A DNA stretch of 64,000 nt from positions 32,001 through 96,000 of IMG/VR virus record IMGVR_UViG_3300029928_000001; one strand, given 5' to 3'. The stretch is from a virus. Lineage: Duplodnaviria > Caudoviricetes. Shown here in pieces: positions 30,901 to 42,156 of this stretch; the first letter of the stretch is position 1, and each line of letters begins with the position of its first letter. The position numbers and the translations under genes are program-made. The notes below the pieces were generated by a model. The model saw nothing but the letters and a program-made list of their open reading frames with translations. It was not told the DNA's origin and ran no database searches.

Positions 30901-33900
30901 GAAGTAAATAAATATCCTGGCTTATTAGATATTATTATGAGCATTAATGGACTTATTAATAAACGTTCTACTCATGCTAGCGGTGTTATTTTATATGATA
31001 ATGATCCATTTAAAACCGCTTCTTTTATGAAAACTCCTGGAGGCGACTTGGTTACTTGTTTTGATCTCCATGCGGCAGAAAATGGGGGAGATACCAAATA
31101 TGACTTCTTAGTAACTGAAGTTAGTGATAAAATTATCCAATGCTTAGAATTATTAGAAGATGAAAATGTAATTGAAAAAGATTCATTGCGTAATCTGTAT
31201 AATAAATATTTGCATCCAGAAGCAATGGATACAACTAAACCAGAAATTTGGCAACATCTTGAAGCAGGAGATATTCTTGACGTATTTCAATTTAACGAAA
31301 GTTCAGGCTTAGCTATTGCTAAAAAATGTAAACCAAAAGATGTATATGAAATGACTGCGGCAAATGCTATGATGCGTCTTATGAGCGAATCGGGCAAAGA
31401 GTCACAACAAGACAGGTACGTGCGCATTCAGAAACAAGGTATCCAAGTTTTTGATAATGAAATGAAGCAACATCATTTATCTGATAAAACGAGAGCAGCT
31501 TTACATAAACATTGTGATGCTTATTTTGGTTGCGTGCCGTTACAAGAGCAAATGATGGAAATTCTTATGGATGAAGATATCGCAGGTTTCACTTTAGGAA
31601 GAGCAAATGCGGCGCGTAAAATTGTAGCAAAAAAGAAAATGGATCAAATTCCAGATTTAAAAGCTGAGGTTTATGAACACATTCCTAATAAAGAAACGGC
31701 TGACTATGTCTGGGAGATCGCGATAGCGCCGTCATTAGGGTAAACGAAAAGTCATGCCCTTACATACCTAACCTGTTATCGCAGGGGTAAATTAATCACC
31801 AAAAATTTGGGTATTCTTGATTAATTTGCTAACGGGGAAAGCTAAGTATAATAGAGGAAAATATTATATATGCCAATCCCGTGACAAAGATTATCTTAAT
31901 ATTTTATTTTTCCTCTGAATTTTTTAAATTGAAAGGAAAAATGAAAATGAATTATATTTATTGTTATACTAATTTAATCAATGGAAAAATTTATATCGGT
32001 CAAACAAACAATATTGAACGACGTATTCGAGAACATAAAAGTAATGCTTTTAATAGTAAAAGCGTAAATTATAATAATATTATTCATAAAGCTTTTAGAA
32101 AATATGGATATGAAAATTTTTCAATTGATATATTAGAAACTTTAGAAAATGCTAGTCGAGAAGAAGTAAATGATAGAGAAATTTATTGGATAAAAGAAAA
32201 GCATAGTTTAATTTCAGAAAATGGATATAATGTATTAGAAGGTGGCCGAAATGGATACCAAAAATCTTTACTAAATAAAGAACAAATTACTGACATTAAA
32301 CGAATGATCAAAGAAAAAACTCCATATGATGATATTTGTAAAAAATATAGTGTTTCTAAAACTTTTATTTCAGATATTAACAATGGAAGATTTTTTTATG
32401 ATGAGCAAGAAATTTATCCATTATGTTCATATAGATTAGACAAGGATTTATATGATTTATTAATTGAAGATTTATAGAAACCTATTTTAACCTTTTCCCA
32501 ATTAGCTGATAAATATTCAATAGCACAATCTACTGTTAAAAAATTTAACTATGGAACTTTACGTCATGGAGAATTTTACAAAGGAGAATATCCTATTAGA
32601 AAAATTACTCCACAAGATTATAAGGCTGAATTGATTATTGATTATTTATTAAATACTGATTATACAAAAAAAGAAATAATTCAATTGGTTGGAACTTCTG
32701 ATGAAACAATAAGAAAAATTAATTTAGGAATTAGACATCATCATGAAGATTTAACTTATCCATTAAGATAGTAAGTTTGTAGAGACTATCCCGGGTTAGA
32801 CTGGGAGTAGGGCTACTATTGATACGTAGCTAGGTTTTAGGAAACGAAGCCTATGAAAACCGAAACGGTATGATTATTTATTTTAAAACAAATAATTAAA
32901 AGATAGTCCAATTCTAATAGAAATATTAGAGAAAAATTGATGCTTTTTCAAAAAATCATTCACTTCCGTATTCTTTCGTCGGTGTCCAAACGATCGTTTT
33001 AGCCACACAATTTAATCCTATCTATTGGAATACAGCTTGTTTAATTGTCAATAGCGGTTCATTAGAAAATAATGAACAGCTTGAAGAAGTGGATATATTT
33101 GAAGGTGAAGATGATATAGCTGATGGTGTTATTTATATAGATGCGCCAGATGGACAAACTAAATTAAGAAAAGTTTCTACAGACTATGGTAAAGTGGCAA
33201 AAGCTTTAGGTGATGTAATTAATGCAGGTATTAAAGTTAGTTTAGTTGATATTAATAAATCTAGTTTTGGTTTTAAACCCGATGTAGAAAATAATCAAAT
33301 TATGTTTGGCTTAAAAGGTTTATTAAATGTAAGTGATGAAATTATTGCTGATATTATTAAAAATAGACCTTATAAATCTCCAAAAGATTTTTTAAGAAAA
33401 GTAAAGCCAAAAAAACAATCTATGATTTCTTTAATTAAGAGTGGAGCTTTTGACTCAATGATGGAGCGTAGGGCTTGTATGGTTTGGTATATTTGGGAAA
33501 CTTGTGATAAGAAAAGTAATTTAAACTTACAAAATATGGCAAGTTTAATTAAGTTTAATCTTTTACCAGAACAAACTGAAGAACAAACAATGGCTCGTCG
33601 TGTTTATGAATTTAATAGATATCTAAAAGCTTGTTGTAAAATTAATGGAACAACTAATTATATTATGAACGAGCGTACTATTGATTTTCTTGCTGAATTA
33701 GATAAGGTTAATTTAATACAAGAGGATAATACATTAAATGCTAAAATATGGGATAAGGTTTATCAAAAATGGATGGATGTATTCAGAATATGGATTAGCG
33801 AAAATAAACAACAGATTTTAGATAATTTAAACACTTTAATTTTTGAACAAGATTGGGAGAAGTATGGCGATGAAGGAAATATATCTCGCTGGGAGATGAA

Positions 33901-34384
33901 AACTATGTGTTTCTATTATCATGATCATGAGTTAAAAAATCTTCAAGAAAATTATTATGGAATAAAAGATTTCTTTAAACTTTCTTCAGAGCCAATAGTA
34001 GAAAAGACTTTTGAGCGTGGTGGAAAAACTATTCCATTATATAAACTTGATAAAATAGCAGGAACTTGTATTTCTAAAAATAAAAGTAAAGCAACTGTTA
34101 CTTTATTAACCACTACTGGTGTTGTAAATGTTAAATTTAGAAAAGAATATTTTTCTTTATTTGATAAACGTATTTCAGAAAAACAGCCAGATGGAACAAA
34201 AAAAGTTAAAGAAAATAGTTGGTTTAATCGTGGAGAAATGATTATTGTTAATGGCATGCGCTCTGGTGATGATTTTATTGTGAAAAAATATGCAAGTACA
34301 GTTGGACATCAATTAATGAAAATTACAAGTATTGATAATGAAGGTCGAATTACTGTAACGAGTGAAAGATATGAGGTACAATAA
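27957..34384 (+). CDS. dnaE: DNA polymerase III alpha (DnaE) with a 7-nt 5' discontinuity, one intein and one group I intron
   Basis: PHP motifs HSHTHYS / AITDH / TDAHY; GPGRGSA; PDIDID; STHASG; KYDFL; splicing 31741^32940 restores PSLG-YAFSKNH. Confidence 0.9.
29446..30735 (+). mobile_element. Intein (430 aa) with LAGLIDADG domain in DnaE
   Basis: LTA|CFKKGT...TSDH...LVHN|CRG; VGIWLAEG and FKGWFLGDG. Confidence 0.95.
31742..32939 (+). mobile_element. Group I intron in dnaE
   Basis: IGS CAT-GCCCT pairs 5' exon AGGGT and 3' exon ATG; AGACTAT (~32783) and ATAGTCC (~32903) form P7; terminal G. Confidence 0.9.
31941..32774 (+). CDS. Intron-encoded GIY-YIG homing endonuclease with HTH repeats (internal TAG)
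   Basis: YIYCYTN..KIYIGQT; reading through TAG 32475-32477 adds two more HTH-like repeats ending YPIRK and YPLR; stop TAA 32772-32774. Confidence 0.85.
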
Positions 34385-34740
34385 TGAAAATGATAATTGT
34401 AATGCGTAAAGATTTAGGAATGCGCAAAGGTAAAATGTGTGCGCAAGCTGGTCATGCGGTTCTTGGGGCAATGACTACTGCGCTTGATATGTTTGAAAAA
34501 GAAAAATATGCTAATTGGTATAAAAATAACTTACAAACTAAAATTTGTTTAGGAGTAGATTCTGAACAAGAGCTTTTAGATATTTATGAAGCAGGATTAG
34601 AACAAGGTTATATTGTTTATTTAGTAGAAGACTACGGTTTAACTGAATTCCATCAGCAACATACATATACTTGTCTTGCTTTTGAACCATTAGAAGATGA
34701 ACAAATTGACACAATTACAGGAGGGCTTTCTCTTTTATGA
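34384..34740 (+). CDS. pth2: Peptidyl-tRNA hydrolase, Pth2 type
   Basis: KMIIVMRKDLGMRKGKMCAQAGHA, TKICL and EDYGLTE motifs. Confidence 0.9.
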   Translation: MKMIIVMRKDLGMRKGKMCAQAGHAVLGAMTTALDMFEKEKYANWYKNNLQTKICLGVDSEQELLDIYEAGLEQGYIVYLVEDYGLTEFHQQHTYTCLAFEPLEDEQIDTITGGLSLL

Positions 34741-35285
34741 GTTATAAAATTATTGCGCTAATCGGTAAAAGTGGCGCAGGCAAAGACCGCATGCTTAAAG
34801 AATTGATTAAATCAAATAAAAATTTCCATGAAATTATTAGTTGCACTTCTCGCCCTTCTAGAGAGAACGAAATTGATGGTGTAAATTATCATTTTCTTTC
34901 TAACGATGAATTTGCTAATGAATTATTAGAAGATGCTTTTATGGAAGCTACTGTTTTCAATAATTGGGCTTATGGAACACGGTTCCAAGACTTAGACGAA
35001 GAAAAAATTAATATTGGAGTGTTTAATCCCGATGGCATTTATAATTTATTAGAACATAAAAATATTGATTTAAAAGTATATTATATTACTGTTTCTGATA
35101 AAGAACGACTAATAAGGCAATTAAAAAGAGAAAAAGAACCAAATATTGAAGAAATTATACGACGCTATGGAACTGATAAAATAGATTTTTTAGATTTAGA
35201 CTTCGATTATGTGGAACTAACAAATGAGACGCCTCAAGAATTTTTTGTTGCCATTGACCGCATACTCGAGGACAGTTTTAATTAA
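34737..35285 (+). CDS. gmk: Guanylate kinase
   Basis: GKSGAGKD, SCTSRPSRENEIDGVNYHF, WAYGT. Confidence 0.85.
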   Translation: MSYKIIALIGKSGAGKDRMLKELIKSNKNFHEIISCTSRPSRENEIDGVNYHFLSNDEFANELLEDAFMEATVFNNWAYGTRFQDLDEEKINIGVFNPDGIYNLLEHKNIDLKVYYITVSDKERLIRQLKREKEPNIEEIIRRYGTDKIDFLDLDFDYVELTNETPQEFFVAIDRILEDSFN

Positions 35286-35347
35286 TTTAGTATAAAGATT
35301 TTTCATATATATATGTTAATACCCAAAATATAGAATGGAGGAAATTT

Positions 35348-38300
35348 ATGCTATATATACAGAAACGAGATAATACTTTAGAACCTTTTAATAAAGATAA
35401 AATTATCACAGCAATAAATAAAGCTTTTTTAGAAGTAGATAAAGTATTATATGAAACGGATACAGCAAATGATATTGCTGATGAAATAGAACAATATTAT
35501 TTAGATAATCCAAAAGAAGAATTAACAGTAGAAGGAATACAAGATTTAATCGAAGACGCTCTTATGCGCTCAGAGCGAAAAGATGTAGCGCGCGCATATA
35601 TTCGTTTTAGATATAAGAAAGAATTGGTTAGACAATCTAATACAACTGACCAATCTATTAAAGAGTTACTTGAAGGTGATAGTGACTATTGGAATAATGA
35701 AAATTCTAATAAAAACGCCAAAAGAACAACAGTTCAGAGAGATTATATGGCTGGCATTGTTAGTACAGATATAACTCGAAGATTTTTATTAGATGCTGAT
35801 ATAGTAAAAGCACACGACGAAGGGATTATTCATTTTCATGATGCTGATTATTTTGCGCAAAATGCTTTACATAATTGTGAACTTATTAATCTTGAAGATA
35901 TGCTTCAAAATGGAACTGTTGTTAATGGAGTTATGATTGAAAAACCACATCGTCTTTTAACAGCTACAACTATTGCGACTCAAATAATTGCGGCAGTTAC
36001 CTCATCTTCTTATGGCGGCGCTACTATCTCTTTAACTCATCTCGCTCCCTTTGTAAGAGAAAGTAAGAAAAGGTATATAGAGAAATATAAAAAGAGAGGC
36101 CTTTCTAAACAAGATTATGAACAATATGCTATGGAAGATACTTTAAAAGAAATTTCTGACTCTGTTCAAACCTTTAATTATCAAACTAATTCAATGACTA
36201 ATACAAATGGACAAGCACCTTTTTTATCAGTTTATATGTATTTAGGTGAAACGAAAGAGTATAAAGAAGAATTAGCATTATTAATTGAAGAATTTTTAAA
36301 ACAAAGAATTCAAGGCTTTAAAAATGAAAAAGGAGTTTATATCACTCCTGCTTTTCCTAAATTACTTTATGTTCTTGAAAAAGACAATATCCATAAAGAT
36401 ACTAAATATTGGTATTTAACTGAATTGGCAGCTAAATGTACAGCAAAACGTATGGTTCCAGATTATATTTCTGAAAAAGTAATGCTTAAGCTGAAGGGTG
36501 ATGTATACCCATGTATGGGGTGTAGAAGTTTCTTAACCCCTGATCCAGAGAACCATAAGTATTATGGACGCTTAATTACACCTAAAATTAGGGCGTCATT
36601 AAACGAAGTGAACGCGTGATAAAGCGGTGTGAAATTAAAATAAAAATTTTGCTAACGGTGAACTCCCTATGGGACAATACCGTGCCAAGCCTAATAAATA
36701 TCTTATTAGGAAGGTGTAACGACTATGGGTGATGAATGTAACCCAGTAGGATGGATTTTATCACCATCCGAAGCGCTTCGCTATTAATTTTGGACTAATC
36801 GTTTTAACCAATGAAAAAGAATAGCAACAAGAAGTTCAAAAGTTCTTAAAATTAATAGAAGAGATAGTCTAAATTATATAGTAATATATAAAACAATTGT
36901 TAACCAAGGTGTAGTGACAATTTCATTGGCTGATGTAGCTTTTTCTTCAAAAGGTGATTTTGATAAATTTTGGAAATTATTTGATGAGCGTCTTGAGTTA
37001 TGTCATAGAGCACTTCAAGCACGACATGAACGTTTAAGCCATGCTAATGCTGATGTATCACCAATACTTTGGAGATATGGAGCTTTAGCTCGTTTACCGC
37101 AAGGAGCTAGTATTCATGAATTATTACATAACAATTATTCAACTTTATCTCTTGGATATGCTGCTTTATATGAATGTGTAAAATATATGACTGGAGAAAG
37201 TCATACTAAAGGCGGAAAAGAATTTGGCTTAGCAGTGATGAAAAAGTTAAATGACAAATGTGCTGAATGGCGAGAAGCTGAAAATATTAGTTATAGTGTT
37301 TATGGTTCTCCTATTGAAAGCACTACTTATAAATTTGCTAAATGTCTAAAAAATAGATTTGGTAAAGATATATTTATTGAACTTGATGGAAAGGATCGAG
37401 ACTACATAACCAATAGTTACCACGTACCTGTATTTGAAGAAATAGATGCTTTTACTAAGTTAGAATTTGAAGCAGAATTTCAAGAATTAAGTCCAGGTGG
37501 TTAAATTTCAATATAACTTAAAATAGCCACCTTGAAACTGTGTGAACGTAAGAAAAAACGGTGTTTAGATTTATATAAGTCTAAGCTAACGGGGGACACT
37601 TAATTGGAAATCCCGTGCCAAGCTTTATTATTTTATTTAATAAAGAAGGTGTACAGACTAATTGTACTGGTGATTTTATCACATCAGGAAGCGCACAGCT
37701 AATGAAGCGGAGGTATCCCGCTATTAGAAGATATAGTCGAAAGGAAAAAATATGTATAATTGTGAAATTTGTGGAAGAACAGTAAATAAAAAAATCCGTT
37801 TAGGCGGATATACTTTATGCTCTAAGCATATGCATCAGTTACATTCTCATGGAAAATTCTTAGATAATTGTCCTAGAACCCAAAATGATTTAAATGAATA
37901 TAGAATAGAACAGGACATTGCTTATGGCGGGTTATATGATGGTGTTACCTCAGAGAAAATTGATGAATTTATAATTGACTCTGAAGATTTACCAAAAGTG
38001 AAATATCATAAATGGAGATTTAGCCATGGACATATAGTAACCGGCTTACCCGCACAAAAAACCCAGCGAGAATTGAGTTGGGTTATTTTGGGGCTTGATA
38101 ATCGTGTTGAAAAAGACATTGTCATAGACCATATAAATTGTAACCCTAAAGACAATCGCAAGCAAAATTTAAGAATTTGCAAACAAAGTGAAAACGTTCA
38201 AAATAAATCCTTCATGAGTAATAATACCTCTAATTTTATCGGAGTATCATACCGAAAAGATAGAAATAGATACGATCCTGAAATTAGAAAAAATTCTATT

Positions 38301-38800
38301 CGTTGCCATTTAGGATATACTAAAACGCTCGAAGAGGCGGTTTATAAAAGATATTATGCGGAGCAACTTGTTTTCGGAGAGTTTGCAAATCAAGCTGAAC
38401 AAAATAAAAAACAAAAATTTACTGAAAATCTTCCAATAGAAACTAAAGAACGATTACAGGCTATTGTTAAAGAAAAATTACAAGCAAAAAACCTTTGGCA
38501 ATAAGTTATATAGAAACTTCTAATTTACAAGGAAATATTGAAGCAGTCGAAACAGTAATACAATTTATTTATGAGCATATTATGTATGCTGAATTAAATA
38601 CTAAATCTGATTATTGTCAAGAGTGTGGTTATGACGGTGAAATTTTAATAGATGAAAATGTTGAATGGTATTGTCCTAATTGCGGAAATTGCAATCATGA
38701 AACATTAAATGTGGCTAGACGAACGTGTGGCTACATTGGTTCTCAGTTCTGGAATCACGGAAGAACGGAGGAAATTCGAGACAGAATAGTTCATTTATGA
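35348..38800 (+). CDS. nrdD: Anaerobic ribonucleoside-triphosphate reductase, spliced; exons 35348-36572, 36900-37501, 38498-38800
   Basis: ATP cone, MGCRS, YYGR-F-NQGVVT and SPGG|AISY restored by splicing; glycyl-radical loop RRTCGYI. Confidence 0.95.
36573..36899 (+). mobile_element. ORF-less group I intron (327 nt) in nrdD
   Basis: IGS GGCGTC pairs GACGCT; GACTAT (36721)/ATAGTC (~36864) P7; terminal G. Confidence 0.9.
37502..38497 (+). mobile_element. Group I intron 2 in nrdD with HNH ORF downstream of the core
   Basis: IGS GCCACC pairs GGTGGT; AGACTA (~37655)/TAGTC (~37734) P7; terminal G before GCA ATA AGT. Confidence 0.9.
37752..38504 (+). CDS. Intron-encoded HNH endonuclease with AP2-like domain
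   Basis: IDHINCNPKDNRKQNLR; NTSNFIGVSY..HLGY..LEEAV. Confidence 0.9.
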   Translation: MYNCEICGRTVNKKIRLGGYTLCSKHMHQLHSHGKFLDNCPRTQNDLNEYRIEQDIAYGGLYDGVTSEKIDEFIIDSEDLPKVKYHKWRFSHGHIVTGLPAQKTQRELSWVILGLDNRVEKDIVIDHINCNPKDNRKQNLRICKQSENVQNKSFMSNNTSNFIGVSYRKDRNRYDPEIRKNSIRCHLGYTKTLEEAVYKRYYAEQLVFGEFANQAEQNKKQKFTENLPIETKERLQAIVKEKLQAKNLWQ

Positions 38801-39279
38801 GATACGCAGATTTAAAAATAAACGATACAGCTAATGGACCTGGAGTAAATGTTTCATTCTGGGTCCAAGGTTGTCCTCATCATTGTAAAAATTGTTTTAA
38901 TCCAGAAACTTGGAATTATAAAGCAGGAAAAGAATTTACAGCAGAAACATTAGAACAAATCAAACAAGCTATTTCTGCTAATGGTATTCAACGTAATTTA
39001 TCAATTCTTGGCGGTGAACCTCTTTGTGCAGAAAATTTATTTCTAACTGAGTTAGTAATTCGAGAAATAAAAAAAGATTTCCCACATATAAAAATTTATG
39101 TATGGACTGGATATATTTATGAAGAATTATTAAATAATAGCAATAAATCCTTAAAATATATTTTATCTACTATAGACACTTTAGTAGATGGTCCATATAT
39201 AGAATCACAAAGAGATATTACGCTTCCTATGCGCGGCTCGCGCAACCAAAGAATTATTGACTTAAAACAAAAAATATGA
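38797..39279 (+). CDS. nrdG: Anaerobic RNR activating protein
   Basis: NGPG, QGCPHHCKNCFNP, LGGEP, LVDGPY and RGSRNQR. Confidence 0.95.
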   Translation: MRYADLKINDTANGPGVNVSFWVQGCPHHCKNCFNPETWNYKAGKEFTAETLEQIKQAISANGIQRNLSILGGEPLCAENLFLTELVIREIKKDFPHIKIYVWTGYIYEELLNNSNKSLKYILSTIDTLVDGPYIESQRDITLPMRGSRNQRIIDLKQKI

Positions 39280-39285
39280 TATAAT
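39257..39285 (+). promoter_or_regulatory. sigmaA extended -10 promoter
   Basis: TTGACT-N17-TATAAT with TG. Confidence 0.7.
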
Positions 39286-39308
39286 AAAATAAAAAAGGAA
39301 AGTGTCAA

Positions 39309-39683
39309 ATGAGTGAATTAAGTTTATATGAATTAAATAAAAATATTATGGAAAACGTTCCTAAGGAAGCAATTCCAACAGAAAAGCAATTAATAGAAGC
39401 AATTAATAAATATGATAATCACTCTAATTATTACATGCTTTTAAGCAATCAAATTAAATATTATACTGTTTTTGAACGAGTAGTTGAACATGGACCATTA
39501 AAAATAGATTGTTTAAATAATTTTGCACAAGAGGTAATTTTATGTTTACAAGATATGGGTGAAATTGTTGGTGTATCTGAAGAACCAGGAGCATTAGAAT
39601 TTTGGGTGAAAACAGAGAATGGTCCTGAGTGTTTTTATTTGTTTGATTATTCTCAAGGAATTGTTTATTTTAAAGGAGAATAA
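39309..39683 (+). CDS. Hypothetical phage protein
   Basis: ORF with RBS after a promoter. Confidence 0.65.
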   Translation: MSELSLYELNKNIMENVPKEAIPTEKQLIEAINKYDNHSNYYMLLSNQIKYYTVFERVVEHGPLKIDCLNNFAQEVILCLQDMGEIVGVSEEPGALEFWVKTENGPECFYLFDYSQGIVYFKGE

Positions 39684-39686
39684 GAT

Positions 39687-39947
39687 ATGATTACTTGCGC
39701 AATTGATATGTTTGGCTTTGATCAAATAATTTATTATACAGATCAGTCAGGCGAAAAACATAAAATTAAAACAAATATGGATAATTTAGGAATTGATATT
39801 GCAAATGCTTGCCAAATTTATAATTGTTATACAGTTAAAATCTATGGTTCAAAAGCTTATGCAGATAAAAAAGTAATTCCGCAAATTTATAAATGCTTAG
39901 AAAATAATTATGATTTAAATAAAATAGATATTGAGGTGATTTTATAA
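39687..39947 (+). CDS. Hypothetical protein
   Basis: AAGGAG RBS, operonic position. Confidence 0.6.
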   Translation: MITCAIDMFGFDQIIYYTDQSGEKHKIKTNMDNLGIDIANACQIYNCYTVKIYGSKAYADKKVIPQIYKCLENNYDLNKIDIEVIL

Positions 39948-39948
39948 T

Positions 39949-40215
39949 ATGGCTAAATATTTAGTAAGTGTAGTAGAGACTTATAGAGTAGATAGTGAAG
40001 AAGAAGCAGTAAGATTAATCGAAGAAGCAAAACATAATAATAAATATGAATTAACAAAATATACTAATGAACACAAGGAAGTAAAGCAAAAAGGTGAAGT
40101 AGTTGATGAGTATCAAAAAGTAGCGTTAACAAAAATTGTTAATGACATCAAAGATCCTTACGTAGAAACTCAAATTGAATACTATAAACCAGGAGATAGA
40201 GAGGGAACATTTTAA
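39949..40215 (+). CDS. Hypothetical protein
   Basis: GAGGTG RBS, operonic position. Confidence 0.6.
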   Translation: MAKYLVSVVETYRVDSEEEAVRLIEEAKHNNKYELTKYTNEHKEVKQKGEVVDEYQKVALTKIVNDIKDPYVETQIEYYKPGDREGTF

Positions 40216-40787
40216 TGGCAAAATTTGAAGTAATTGAAAAGTATAAAGACCAAAATATTAATTTGCCGGTGCGCGCCACTGCGCACGCCGCAGGTTATGA
40301 CTTTGAGGCTGCCGAAGATATTGTTATTCCTTCTTACTTTACTCTATGTAGTATAATGAATAATTATGGAACTAACTATGGAGATATTTTTTCAACGTTA
40401 ACCGGAGAGACAGGAACAGTACCAAAATATTTAGATGAAATGGCAGAATTAACTAAAGCATTACGTACTAAGCCTACTCTTATTCCTACTGGTATTAAAT
40501 GCCAACTTGCCGATGATGAATATTTAGAGCTTGTTGCAAGAAGCTCTATGCCGCTAAAGCATTGGCTTGTACTTGCTAATGGAGAAGGAATTGTGGATTC
40601 TGATTATTATAATAATCCAGATAATGAAGGTCATATTATGTTTCAATATATTAATTTTTCTCCTATGGATATTATTATTAAAAAAGGAGAGCGTATAGGG
40701 CAAGGGATCATCCGAAAATATTATATCACCGAAAATGATGCCCCAGGAGGCGAAAGAACTGGAGGTTTTGGATCCAGTGGCAAATAA
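40215..40787 (+). CDS. dut: Trimeric dUTPase
   Basis: AGYD, ARSS, GIVDSDYY, RIGQG and RTGGFGSSG motifs. Confidence 0.95.
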   Translation: MAKFEVIEKYKDQNINLPVRATAHAAGYDFEAAEDIVIPSYFTLCSIMNNYGTNYGDIFSTLTGETGTVPKYLDEMAELTKALRTKPTLIPTGIKCQLADDEYLELVARSSMPLKHWLVLANGEGIVDSDYYNNPDNEGHIMFQYINFSPMDIIIKKGERIGQGIIRKYYITENDAPGGERTGGFGSSGK

Positions 40788-41268
40788 TATATTAGCATTA
40801 GATTAGAGTAGCCGTACGACAGGCTGGTCTGTTTATAGAGATAATTAGTTGTATACTTATGGACATTTTACTTTAACTGATGATAATGAAGGTATGAGGC
40901 TCCATAAGATAAGAGAAAAAGTAGCAGAATTAATTATGGATTATGATATTCAAGAATTAGTCTTTGAAGATATTTACATGGATGGGCAGCATATAAATAA
41001 TGTATCTACTTTTAAAAAACTTGCCGAAGTATTTGGTATTCTTTGGGAACTGGGTATCAGTTTAGAAATGCCGACGGAGGCGGTTCTGCCCGGAACGTGG
41101 CGGTCAACTTTAGGAATTAAAGGCCGAACTCGTTCGGAGCAAAAACGAGCTGCAAAAGAATACGTGTTAAATACATATAATAAAAAAGCTACAGAAGATG
41201 AATGTGATGCTATCTGTATTGGTGCGCATTATATTAAGAAAAAAAATTCAGAAATGAATTGGGAATAA
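40777..41268 (+). CDS. ruvC: RuvC-like Holliday junction resolvase (2 TAG near the N-terminus)
   Basis: GGAGG then GTG; ILALD(TAG)SSRTTGWSV supplies the first catalytic Asp; VFED and DECDAICI. Confidence 0.85.
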
Positions 41269-41362
41269 GGACAAAACTTGTTAATAAAATAATTCTATTT
41301 TACAATATTTATGAAGAGTTCCAGTAAAGTAAAAATATTTGTTTCTAAAGGAGAAGAGTTTA

Positions 41363-41821
41363 ATGGTCGAATTTATCTTAAAATATTGGGTTGATTTTCT
41401 CTTTGGAATTATAGCAGCATGGGCAATAAGTAAATTAAAGCGCTTTCAAGAGCTTGAACAAAAACATCAAAAAGAAGTCCAAATAAAATTAGAGGAACAA
41501 ATCATGGATAAGGTAAAAAAAGAAATTGATGATTGCATCAATTAGTCAATTACTGGTGATAATGATTTAAAATCTGATATGGAAATTTTGAATATTAATA
41601 TAGATGGTATAAAAAAAGCAATTCTTTCAATGCAAGGCAAAGAATTTAGACAGACTTGTAAAATTTTATTAGAACCAAGTCATGTTATTACCACTGAAGA
41701 ATATAATTAGTGTATTCAAGACCATGATGCCTATAATGGAATTGGAGGCAATCATCAAGGAGATTTATTATTTGATGCAGTGCGTCGAAAATATAATGCT
41801 TCAGTATCTGATGATAAATAA
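41363..41821 (+). CDS. Membrane-anchored phage protein (2 TAG), possibly lysis-associated
   Basis: N-terminal TM segment, coiled coil, YNGIGGN motif; continuous only if TAG is read through. Confidence 0.6.
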
Positions 41822-41823
41822 AA

Positions 41824-41857
41824 AAAGGGAGAAAGTTAATAATAACTTTCTCCCTTT
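41824..41857. terminator. Probable bidirectional terminator between convergent genes
   Basis: AAAGGGAGAAAGTT-aataat-AACTTTCTCCCTTT inverted repeat. Confidence 0.65.
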
Positions 41858-42156
41858 AAAATGTAATTAGTGAGTTCAATAATCTCTAAACCATAAGTAG
41901 CAAGTAAATCGGCAAATAATTCTTCTTGCTCTGGTGGTAACTCGACATTATAACTAAACATTACAGCATGAGTCATTTCATGGCATAACACTTTAAATGT
42001 ATCCTATTCATTCATATCTTCTTTTATATAAATACATTTAGTTATGTCATCACAAGAGCCGATAGCTAAAGAACCATCGACCCTATATAATTTTGGATGA
42101 TTAGCAGATACTAAAAGTACCTGCCATTCTTCACCATTTATTTTAACTCTATTCAA
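41836..42156 (-). CDS. Small HExxH metallopeptidase-like protein (1 TAG)
   Basis: Reading through TAG 42004-42006 gives KVLCHEMTHAVMFSY...EQEE. Confidence 0.65.

Noticed and set aside
26-39308. Short minus-strand ORFs opposite the replication genes, and short plus-strand ORFs opposite the tail genes
   Set aside because: Antisense shadows of well-supported genes, without RBS or recognisable motifs
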